From Myxococcota bacterium (GTDB taxonomy: Bacteria; Myxococcota; JACRCW01), in contig JBFMGU010000069.1 in assembly GCA_040752415.1 (NCBI GenBank), positions 1-42,194 of the forward strand: DNA of 42,194 nt, in the 5' to 3' direction. A program made the position numbers and the translations under genes. Below, piece by piece: positions 10,024-18,386 of this stretch (its first letter is position 1; every line of letters begins with the position of its first letter). The notes beneath the pieces are model-generated. The model saw only the letters and a list, made by a program, of their open reading frames with translations, ran no database searches and was not told the DNA's origin.

Positions 10024-11850
10024 ATGAAAGCTTGCCTGCGTACCGCCACGGCCGCCCTGGCCGGGTGCCTCCTGCTGCTTGGCTGCAACGCGCCGCCCCG
10101 TCTGGCGCACTTCCCGACGAGCTCCACCATCACGTCGACACCGCTGGATGAGATCCTGGTGTTGGACACGGAGCACGACGACCTGGTCATCCTCCACCGC
10201 GTCACCGGCAACCGTCAGACGGTGGCGCTGGGCGGTACGCCGGGACAGATGACGCTGAATGGCCCCAACGCGGTGATCACGCTGCCGTATGACCGCTCCA
10301 TCGTCGCGGTGGCGCTGCCAACGCGAACCGTGATGAGCCGGATTCCCGTCGGCGTGGAGCCGCAGGGCGTGGTGTCACTGGATGCCACCACGGTGGCGGT
10401 GGTGCTGGCGGGAGAGGGCGCGCTGGTGACGGTGGACCTGCCCAGCGGCAACACCCTCCGTCGTCACGAGCTGAACCTGGCGTGGCCCCATGGCATTGCG
10501 GCCAGCGGCTCCGACGCCGTGCTGGTGACCGACCGCGTGCGTCCGGAAGCGGTGCGCCTGGATCTCACGACGTCGACCGTGGACAAGCTGCAGCTGGAGG
10601 GAGAGGCGGGGCTCACGGGCAGCCCCATGGTTCCCTCGCTCATGCACAGCGTGACGGCGGTGCCCTCGCGCAACGAGTTCCTGATCCCGCACATCAACCT
10701 GGCTCGCAGTGGCGACGGAAGGATGGGCTTTGTCACCAGCTCCGGACCGGTGGCCAACGTCTATTACGGACCCAAGCCGCAGCCCACCGTGGGCGTGGAG
10801 ACGGTGGGACCCGTGGCAACCCCGAAGTCATGGCCGCTGCTGCAGACCACCACCGACTCCGAGCCGCTGAGTGAGCCGGTAGCCACCGCGCTGCTCGACG
10901 GAGAGGCGGCCACCGCCGTGCTGTTCCGTGGTTCGCGTCGACTGGTGATCTGGGGTCGCAGCGCATTCGGCGGCGCGCCGTGTGAGACGCCGTTTGCCAC
11001 GGCCCGCGTGGGTCACGGTGCGGATGGCCTGGCGCTCACGCCCGACGGCAATCACATGCTGATCCGCAACGCCTCCGACCTCACCGTCTCGGTGATCGAG
11101 GTGCCAAACCTGCGCCCCGAGGGAAGCTGCATCGTCTTCAACACCGCCGACCTGAAGGTCACCACGCTGTCCTACGCCGCCACCACGCTCAGCAACGACG
11201 CGCAGCGCGGGCGTCGCATGTTCTACGACGGGACCAACATGGACATGACGCGCGTGGGAATCACCTGCGCCTACTGTCACGTCGACGGGCGGACCGACAA
11301 CCGCCTCTGGGAAGCGCCCAAGGGAACGCGCAACACGCCTTCGCTGGCGGGCGCCACGCTGGACCACGCCGGCATCGCGGACACGGCGCCGTTCCACTGG
11401 GACGGTGAGTTCGCCACGTTCGGGGACATGAGCACCACGGTGACACAGGTCATGGTGGGCGACGGCATCAACGGCGAGGAGGGGCGTCAGCTCTTCGCGT
11501 TCATTGACACGCTCCGCAAGCCCGACCACGTCATGCCCAACGACGACGAGACCGCGGCGCAGGTTGCGCGCGGGAAGGAGATCTTCCATGACCCGGCGGT
11601 GGGCTGCGCCGCGTGTCACGCAGGGGCGCATGGCACCGACAACCTGAATCACGACGTGGGCACGGGCCCTCAGTTCCAGACGCCGGTGCTGGATGGATTG
11701 TCCCGCACGGCGCCGTACCTGCATGACGGGTCCATGGAGACGCTGGATGACGTCGTCACGCGCCTGGTGATCACCAACAAGATGGGCCAGGGCTCCCACC
11801 TCTCGCGCGCCGACCAGCTTGCGCTGATTGCCTACCTGCGCACGCTCTGA
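10024..11850 (+). CDS. Lipoprotein: YncE/YVTN-like beta-propeller fused to a di-heme cytochrome c peroxidase/MauG-superfamily domain
   Basis: Lipobox 'LLLLGC'; repeats such as 'IPVGVEPQGV' and 'RVGHGADGLALTPDG'; CAYCH (11266-11280) and CAACH (11605-11619); 'RNTPSL', 'PFHWDG', 'TAPYLHDGS'. Confidence 0.88.
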   Translation: MKACLRTATAALAGCLLLLGCNAPPRLAHFPTSSTITSTPLDEILVLDTEHDDLVILHRVTGNRQTVALGGTPGQMTLNGPNAVITLPYDRSIVAVALPTRTVMSRIPVGVEPQGVVSLDATTVAVVLAGEGALVTVDLPSGNTLRRHELNLAWPHGIAASGSDAVLVTDRVRPEAVRLDLTTSTVDKLQLEGEAGLTGSPMVPSLMHSVTAVPSRNEFLIPHINLARSGDGRMGFVTSSGPVANVYYGPKPQPTVGVETVGPVATPKSWPLLQTTTDSEPLSEPVATALLDGEAATAVLFRGSRRLVIWGRSAFGGAPCETPFATARVGHGADGLALTPDGNHMLIRNASDLTVSVIEVPNLRPEGSCIVFNTADLKVTTLSYAATTLSNDAQRGRRMFYDGTNMDMTRVGITCAYCHVDGRTDNRLWEAPKGTRNTPSLAGATLDHAGIADTAPFHWDGEFATFGDMSTTVTQVMVGDGINGEEGRQLFAFIDTLRKPDHVMPNDDETAAQVARGKEIFHDPAVGCAACHAGAHGTDNLNHDVGTGPQFQTPVLDGLSRTAPYLHDGSMETLDDVVTRLVITNKMGQGSHLSRADQLALIAYLRTL

Positions 11851-12816
11851 TCACAACCGGCTTGCCGCCACCGCCGCGCCCAGCAGCCCAAGATGGGGCT
11901 CCATGACGACGTAGGCGGGGATCTCCTTCACCATCGGCGAGAGCCGGCCCTTGGTTTCGAAGGCGGCCCGGAAGGTCCCGTCGGTCAGCTTGTTGATGAG
12001 CCGCGGGGGAATGCCGCCTGCGACGTACACACCGCCGGTGGCCACCACCTGCAGCGCCAGGTTGCCCGCCTCCGCGCCGAGGATGCTGACGAAGGTGTGC
12101 AGTGCCTTGGCGCAACACGGGTCGCTCTCCGTCAGTCCCAGTCGTGAGACCACCGCGGCGGGATCCTCCGTCTCCATGGCGGCGCGCGTGACCGGGTTGA
12201 CGTCGTTGGGATGCTCGGACTCGAAGAACTCGTAGAGGTTCTTGAGGCCGGGACCACTGCAGATGCGCTCATAGCTCACGCGGCCGAATTGGCGGGTCAG
12301 GAACTGCAGCAGGCGGATCTCGACGTCATTGCGCGGCGCGAAGTCGCGGTGCCCGCCCTCCGACGGGATGGGGTCGTACGCGAGACCGTTGTGCACCAGG
12401 AACGCCACGCCCAGACCGGTGCCCGCGCCGAGGACGGCAATGGGACCGGTGGGGTGCGGTTGCTTCCCGCCCAGCTGCACCGTCTGCCCCGCGCTGAGCA
12501 CGGTGACGCCGAGGGCAGCGGCGTAGAAGTCATTCACCACGCGGGCGCGCTTGATTCCGGTGGCCTTCTCGATGGCGCGGGCGTCCACCACCCAGGGCAG
12601 ATTGGTCACCCGGCACACGTCATTCTCGACGGGACCGGCGACGCCAAAACACGCGCGCTCCGGCATCTCCCCGGCGGCCTTGAGGAACAACTGGACAATG
12701 CCCTCCAGCCCCGCGTGATCCGCCGAGGGATAACGTCGATCCACGACGACCTCCCCGTTCTCGACGAGCGCGAGGCGCGTGTTGGTGCCACCGACGTCTC
12801 CAGCCAGGACCTTCAT
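11851..12816 (-). CDS. glk: Glucokinase
   Basis: 'LAGDVGGTNTR', 'VNDFYA', 'GAGTGLG', 'SEGGH', 'GGVYVAGGI'; GGAGAGG RBS. Confidence 0.95.
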   Translation of the reverse strand: MKVLAGDVGGTNTRLALVENGEVVVDRRYPSADHAGLEGIVQLFLKAAGEMPERACFGVAGPVENDVCRVTNLPWVVDARAIEKATGIKRARVVNDFYAAALGVTVLSAGQTVQLGGKQPHPTGPIAVLGAGTGLGVAFLVHNGLAYDPIPSEGGHRDFAPRNDVEIRLLQFLTRQFGRVSYERICSGPGLKNLYEFFESEHPNDVNPVTRAAMETEDPAAVVSRLGLTESDPCCAKALHTFVSILGAEAGNLALQVVATGGVYVAGGIPPRLINKLTDGTFRAAFETKGRLSPMVKEIPAYVVMEPHLGLLGAAVAASRL

Positions 12817-12882
12817 GCCAACCTCTCCGAGGTGATTCCGCCCACCCGCGATATGCACGCAAGCCCGCGCGGAGGCAAATGC

Positions 12883-13611
12883 TCAGGACCTGCGCGCCAG
12901 TCGTGATGCCGCGGCCTCGTCGCAGAACAGACGGGCGTGGGGATGCAAACGCAAGCCCAGCTGGACGGGCAGCGCTTGGGGCTTGAGCGGTCCCTCCAAC
13001 GCCTCGAGCAGCCGCTCCGCCTTGCCCTGCCCCGTCATCAGCACCATCACCTCGCGCGCGGACCGGACCGCGGGCGCCGTCATGGTGATGCGTTTGTGCT
13101 TGGGCGCCCCGGCGTGGAGCGCCACGACGGAACGCTGTTCCTCCTGCGTGGCCGGGGTGCCGGGGAAGAGGCTGAGCGTGTGTCCGTCGTCGCCCATGCC
13201 GAGCAGCATGACGTCGAGCGCGGGCGGAGTGCCCAGGGTCTTCTCCAGGAGCTCCTCGTAACGCGCCGCCTCCGCGTCCACGTCCGCGACCTCGCCCCTC
13301 ATGCGATGGATGTGGTCCTCCGGGATGCCGCTGCGCGCCAGCCACGTGTCCCAGGCCATCTTGTAGTTGCTGTCGACCTGATCGGGGGGCACGGCGCGCT
13401 CGTCGCCCCAGAACCAGTGCACGCGACGGAGGTCGACGCCACCGCTGTCCGCGGCCATGCGCGCGTAGAGTTGCTGCGGTGTGCTTCCGCCGGAGAGCGC
13501 CACGCTGGCGGTGCCGCGCGCGGACAACGCCTGGCGAAGCACGTTCAACAGGTGTGCGTGCGCGGCGGTGGTGACGTCGTGGGCGGTGGGAGAGATGTTG
13601 AGCGTGGCCAT
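12883..13611 (-). CDS. pgl: 6-phosphogluconolactonase
   Basis: 'ALSGGSTP', 'FWGDERAVPP', 'LLGMGDDGHTLSLFPG', 'RITMT'. ATG overlaps the opcA stop (TGATG). Confidence 0.95.
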   Translation of the reverse strand: MATLNISPTAHDVTTAAHAHLLNVLRQALSARGTASVALSGGSTPQQLYARMAADSGGVDLRRVHWFWGDERAVPPDQVDSNYKMAWDTWLARSGIPEDHIHRMRGEVADVDAEAARYEELLEKTLGTPPALDVMLLGMGDDGHTLSLFPGTPATQEEQRSVVALHAGAPKHKRITMTAPAVRSAREVMVLMTGQGKAERLLEALEGPLKPQALPVQLGLRLHPHARLFCDEAAASRLARRS

Positions 13612-14759
13612 CACGGGCGCTCCACTGCTTCCCACATGGCCAACGCACGAGGCCACGCGCGATCAAAGATGGGATCCCGCGCCCGCGGCCCCATGCCCCG
13701 CGCAATGCGCTCACCCAGCGAGGGAGGATCCAGCGCCACGACGCGCGGAGGCTGACCGAACGACTCCACGGTGAGCATGGCGCCGCGTCCACGGGTCAGC
13801 TTCACCAACCCGGACTTCGTGACGAGTTCGAGGATCGTCGGGGCCTGGGGTTCCACCTCGTCGGGGACAACCTGGTCAATGCGCAGGAACACCGGGCCGT
13901 GCGGCGCCTCCACCGTCAGCAACGCGCTCCCCTGAGCGGGCAACCCTCGCGCCACCGCTTCCGACGTGGAACAGCGCTTGGGCGGCCCCCAGCCGAGTCG
14001 CTCCGAGAGCCAGCCGAGGAAGAGCAGCCGGTTCGCCATGCGCGCCTTGGGGGCAAACAGGCGCACCTCGCTGAGCGTCTTCAACGCGTTCACGGCCTCG
14101 TCGGTGTCAAAGACGCTGGCCAGCGTGGTGCGGAAGGAAGCCAGCGTGAGCCAACCGAGGTCGACGGTGGAGGGTGCGTTGGGAATCAGCCGGGAGATGG
14201 CCTTGAGCTGTCCGCCCTGCACCACCTCCGCGGTGTCGACGATGAGCCGGTCACACAGCTTGAGCAACGGCTGCAGTGCGGCGAAGGCACGCTGCGGCGC
14301 GTCGGCGGCGTAGATCATCGTTGGCACGTTGGGCACGAGGAGCGCGCGCACCACCGGACCAAAGTGCTCCACGCCACGACCACGCGCAACGAGCGTCACC
14401 TCCTCGCTGCACACCAGCTTTCCGCCACCGGGCGCGAGGATGCAGTTGGCACTGATCCAGCTCTCGAACTCCTTCTGGCCCGGCGCGGAGGCTTCCGGTC
14501 TCAGGACGAGGACGCGTGCGGGAACACTGAGGACCAGCGTGTCAAAAGCCTCCTTCACGCGCGGGACGGTGCTCTCCTCCTCCACCCACGTCACGAGGTT
14601 GGCGAGGCACGCGCGCGTGACGGGCTTGCGTTCCGGGGCGCGCTCGTCGGTCTGTCCCGCGGCACGCCACAACGCAGCGAACTCGCGCTCAATCGACGCC
14701 ACGTCGACGCCGATCTCCTCGCCACGCGAGAAACGATCCAGGTTCTGGGGCGTGGTCAC
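13611..14759 (-). CDS. opcA: Glucose-6-phosphate dehydrogenase assembly/activator protein OpcA
   Basis: Lies between zwf and pgl; 'IEREFAALWR', 'TRACLANLV', 'PARVLVL', 'VCSEEVTL', 'RLIVDT', 'DLGW'. GTG 14759 overlaps the zwf stop and has a GGAGG RBS. Confidence 0.85.
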   Translation of the reverse strand: MTTPQNLDRFSRGEEIGVDVASIEREFAALWRAAGQTDERAPERKPVTRACLANLVTWVEEESTVPRVKEAFDTLVLSVPARVLVLRPEASAPGQKEFESWISANCILAPGGGKLVCSEEVTLVARGRGVEHFGPVVRALLVPNVPTMIYAADAPQRAFAALQPLLKLCDRLIVDTAEVVQGGQLKAISRLIPNAPSTVDLGWLTLASFRTTLASVFDTDEAVNALKTLSEVRLFAPKARMANRLLFLGWLSERLGWGPPKRCSTSEAVARGLPAQGSALLTVEAPHGPVFLRIDQVVPDEVEPQAPTILELVTKSGLVKLTRGRGAMLTVESFGQPPRVVALDPPSLGERIARGMGPRARDPIFDRAWPRALAMWEAVERP

Positions 14760-16273
14760 GGGCGCCTCCACGCGCGACCACTGCGCGACAACATGGCCTC
14801 CGACTCCGACGGACCCCACGTTCCGGCCTCATACGTGGCGGGCTCCCCACCCAGCTCCTCCCAGCCCCTGTGGATGGCGCTGACGTACTTCCAGCTCTCC
14901 ATCACCCAGTCACCGCGCGTGAAGAGCGTTCCGTCGCCGAGCATGCAGTCCAGCAGGAGTCGCTCGTAGGCTTCCGGCGGCTCCGCGCCAAAGCTGGACG
15001 CGTAGCGGAACTCCATGCTCACCGGCGCCACCGCCGCCGCGGGACCGGGCACCTTGGAGCCGAAGTTGAGGCTGATGCCCTCGTCGGGCTGGATGCGCAC
15101 CGCGAGGATGTTCTGCACCACCGACTCGCTCCCAAACAGCGAGAGCGGATTGGCCTTGAAGTGGATGGCCACCTCGGTGACGCGCTTGGGCATACGCTTG
15201 GCGCTGCGCAGGTAGAACGGCACGCCGGACCAGCGCCAGTTGTCGATGTGGATTTCCAGCCCCACGTACGTCTCGGTGTTGCTCTGGGGATCGACGCCGC
15301 CCTCCTCGCGGTAGCCGGGCACCCGCTTCGCGAGCACGCTTCCCGACGTGTACTGCCCGCGCACGACGTGGTTCTTGACGTCGGCGGTCTTCATGGGCCG
15401 CAGGGCGCGGAGGACCTTGAGCTTCTCGTCGCGGACGCTGTCGGCGTCAAACGCCACCGGCGGCTCCATGGCGGCGAGGCACAGCACCTGCAGCAGGTGG
15501 TTCTGCACCATGTCACGCAGGATGCCCGCTTCCTCGAAGTAGCCGCCGCGCCCCTCGACACCCAGCGCTTCCGCGCCGGTGATCTGCACGTGATCGACAT
15601 ACCTGTTGTTCCACATCGGCTCGAAGATGGCGTTGGCGAAGCGGAACACGAGGAGGTTCTGGACGGTCTCCTTACCGAGGTAGTGGTCGATGCGATAGAT
15701 CTGGTTCTCGTCGAGAACCTCGTACAGCTCGCGGTTGAGCTTCTGGGCGGACTCGTAGTCCACGCCAAACGGCTTCTCGATGATCACGCGCGCGTAGTGG
15801 GGTCCATCCTTGGGTACCAGGCCCGCCGCGCCCAGGTTGCGCACGATGGTGCCGAACGACGACGGTGGCGTGGAGAGATAGAAGACGCGGTTGGGCGGGA
15901 TGTTGTTCTGCTTCTCCACCTCCTCCAGCGTGCGCTTAAGGGAGACGTAGTCCTCCAGCTGGTCGAACGCGCCCTGGTGATAGTGGATTCTCGACGAGAA
16001 GGACTCCCACATCTCCGGGTGCACCGGCCGCCGCCGCGCGTGCTCATTGACACCTTCCAGCATCTGCTGGCGGAACACGTTCTCCAGCGGCCGACGAGCG
16101 AACCCGACGATGGCGCAACGGGAGAGCATGCGGTCGCGCGCCAGCGAGTAGAGCGCGGGAACCAGCTTGCGCTTGGTGAGGTCACCGCTGGCGCCGAAGA
16201 TCACGACGGTGCACGGCTCCGGGATGCGCTCCTGGGTGAGACCTTCACGGAAGGGATTGGCGGCGTCGACCAC
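14756..16273 (-). CDS. zwf: Glucose-6-phosphate 1-dehydrogenase
   Basis: 'VIFGASGDLTKRKL', 'IEKPFG', 'YRIDHYLGKETVQN', 'NWRWSGVPFYLR'. Start GTG 16273 (GAGGT RBS) or TTG 16336, which overlaps the upstream stop. Confidence 0.97.
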   Translation of the reverse strand: MVDAANPFREGLTQERIPEPCTVVIFGASGDLTKRKLVPALYSLARDRMLSRCAIVGFARRPLENVFRQQMLEGVNEHARRRPVHPEMWESFSSRIHYHQGAFDQLEDYVSLKRTLEEVEKQNNIPPNRVFYLSTPPSSFGTIVRNLGAAGLVPKDGPHYARVIIEKPFGVDYESAQKLNRELYEVLDENQIYRIDHYLGKETVQNLLVFRFANAIFEPMWNNRYVDHVQITGAEALGVEGRGGYFEEAGILRDMVQNHLLQVLCLAAMEPPVAFDADSVRDEKLKVLRALRPMKTADVKNHVVRGQYTSGSVLAKRVPGYREEGGVDPQSNTETYVGLEIHIDNWRWSGVPFYLRSAKRMPKRVTEVAIHFKANPLSLFGSESVVQNILAVRIQPDEGISLNFGSKVPGPAAAVAPVSMEFRYASSFGAEPPEAYERLLLDCMLGDGTLFTRGDWVMESWKYVSAIHRGWEELGGEPATYEAGTWGPSESEAMLSRSGRAWRRP

Positions 16274-16332
16274 GGCAGGCGACCTCGTTGGAGTGGGAGT
16301 TGCGGGATCACACACCTGCCTCGGCGGGAGCG

Positions 16333-17331
16333 TCAACGTCCCAGCGGGAGCGAGGGGTCACCCAGCAGGTTGTACAGGCCCAGGTGGGCGTGACGCAGGC
16401 GCGCCGGTGCCAACGCCCGCAGCGCACCCACGACGACACCCGCGCCCCCGTCGCGCACCGCTCGCAGCCCGGCGAGGAACGCGTCACCGGCGCGCGCACC
16501 TGGACGCACCGCGTCGCGGGAGATGGCGAGCGCGAAGGCGGGATTCAGTCTGGGATCACTGACGTTGCTGGCGGCAATCACGGCACGGGGTCCACCGGGC
16601 GCGAGGAGCCATTCCTCGGAGAGACCACGCTCGTCGTTGTCCAGGCGCCCCGCGTGACAACACGCCAGCACCGCGAGCGGGAGGTCCCGTCCGTCGTGAC
16701 AGCACGGCAGGTTGCGCGCATCCACGCCGTCCACCGACGTGGGTTGGCCGTGGCCCACGTAGACCACCAGTCGCGCGCCCTCTCGCAACCGCGCGTGCAG
16801 GGTCTCCCGCCCGACGGTGCAGTCCGGGTTGAAGCTGGTGCGCTGGACCTCGAGGCCGGGCAGCGGCAGCCGTGAGAAGTGGTCCGCCAGGACGTTGCAC
16901 GCCTTGTTGATGGCGGTGGCCCACTTGGGATCTCCGTCGATGAGATGCGCCACGGGCGGGGCCATCCGCGCGGGTGACGACGTGTGCGCCACCAGGGTCC
17001 GCAGCTCTTCCGTGGTGCGCGCCGGCAATCTCCCGACGGAAAAGCGCGGCGACACCTCGACATGACCATGCACCAGCGCGTGGTCACCGTGGAAGGGCGT
17101 GCGCATGTGCCGGTAGGGCGGCGGGTGACTGACGGTGCGCAGCCTCAACGCGCCATCCCCGCGTGGGTGCCCCACCAGCAGCACGTATCCGTCGCGCACG
17201 TCGTCACGAAGCGGGAGGTCCTGCTCGAGCAGGAAGTGGACCGCGAGTCCCTCCGCCCGACGCAGCGCGAGCAACGGCTCCAGGAGGGGCCTCACGTCCG
17301 GCGCGGCAATCACGTAGAGCGGGCGCGTCAC
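16333..17331 (-). CDS. Peptidase C25 (gingipain-like, clan CD) family protein without an evident signal peptide
   Basis: 'YVLLVGHP', 'SVGRLPART', His motif 'VYVGHG' (16747-16755), Cys motif 'VLACCHAG' (16654-16665), C-terminal 'YNLLGDPSL'. GTG 17331 overlaps the upstream stop. Confidence 0.8.
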   Translation of the reverse strand: MTRPLYVIAAPDVRPLLEPLLALRRAEGLAVHFLLEQDLPLRDDVRDGYVLLVGHPRGDGALRLRTVSHPPPYRHMRTPFHGDHALVHGHVEVSPRFSVGRLPARTTEELRTLVAHTSSPARMAPPVAHLIDGDPKWATAINKACNVLADHFSRLPLPGLEVQRTSFNPDCTVGRETLHARLREGARLVVYVGHGQPTSVDGVDARNLPCCHDGRDLPLAVLACCHAGRLDNDERGLSEEWLLAPGGPRAVIAASNVSDPRLNPAFALAISRDAVRPGARAGDAFLAGLRAVRDGGAGVVVGALRALAPARLRHAHLGLYNLLGDPSLPLGR

Positions 17332-18386
17332 AGCGTGGATGATGTCACAACCTGCGGCGCCCTTCCGCCTCCCACCCGTCGGGCCAGGAGCACCATCACC
17401 GCTGCCACGACGACGAAGACAAACCCTCCCGCCGTCACCGCCGCCACACTGGGCCAACCGCTCCACGGAAGCACCAGTGGCGCCACGATGCTGCCGAGCA
17501 TGGGCCAGAGCGTCACCTGGTAGGCAAGGCGGATGCCGAAGGGCACGTCGGGAACCAGCGCGTGCTGGAACGAGGGAAGCATCGCCCCGAGGACCATGAA
17601 GTGGATGCCGGCCACACGCCAAGGATCACCGCGGAAGAACGGGAAGATCACCCACAGGGCCACCATCACCGGAAGCCCCAGCCACGTGATGCGCAGGTGC
17701 ATGGGTAGCCGCGCCCCGACGAGGTTCTGCACGAGCACGACGGAGAAACCCGCCCCCATCACCGCACCGACGATGTTCATGTGCTCCGGGAACGCCATGA
17801 ACGCGGCCAAGGACTCGGCGAGGATCAGGTAGAGCCACACCGGTTGTCGTCGGGGAACGCGCAGCGCGGCCCACGCCACGGGGAGGAAACCCGTCAGCAT
17901 CAGCCCGCCAATGAAGACGTGCGCCAGCGAGCGCGAGAACGCGGGGTCCTTCCTTGCCGTGAGCGCCACGACGGGAACCAGCAAGGTGGCCATGAGCATG
18001 GCGGGCGGCGTGGCGTCGAGCCAGGAGGCGGGGAGGCGCATGCGGAATTGTCGCCAGCTGGTCATGAGCCAGAACGCGGCCATCACGCCGGAGAGCGCGC
18101 CGGTGAGTGCGCGGTAGCCCAGGAACGCGAACAGGGTTCCCACGACGGCGGAGCACGCCAGGTAGAACGCCACGCCCGCGCGGGAGACCAGCGTCGCGTT
18201 CTCCCGACGGGCGACCGCCCACCAGACCAACGTGAGCACACCCCAGAAACCCAGGTGGGAGTGCGCGTGACGGAGATGGGTGAATTGCAGGTCATGCGCC
18301 GCCAGCCAGCCGGTGACGAATTCCGCGCGGAGCAGCAACCCCAGCAGCACCGTCACCGCAAGGAACGCCAGCGCCCAACCCTTCAT
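17328..18386 (-). CDS. Polytopic membrane protein with HAHSH motif (NnrS / heme-copper oxidase subunit I-like)
   Basis: About 12 hydrophobic helices; 'THLRHAHSHLGFWG' (18255-18269), 'LAHVFIGG', 'GIHFMVLG'. ATG 18386 overlaps the upstream stop (ATGA). Confidence 0.7.
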   Translation of the reverse strand: MKGWALAFLAVTVLLGLLLRAEFVTGWLAAHDLQFTHLRHAHSHLGFWGVLTLVWWAVARRENATLVSRAGVAFYLACSAVVGTLFAFLGYRALTGALSGVMAAFWLMTSWRQFRMRLPASWLDATPPAMLMATLLVPVVALTARKDPAFSRSLAHVFIGGLMLTGFLPVAWAALRVPRRQPVWLYLILAESLAAFMAFPEHMNIVGAVMGAGFSVVLVQNLVGARLPMHLRITWLGLPVMVALWVIFPFFRGDPWRVAGIHFMVLGAMLPSFQHALVPDVPFGIRLAYQVTLWPMLGSIVAPLVLPWSGWPSVAAVTAGGFVFVVVAAVMVLLARRVGGGRAPQVVTSSTL

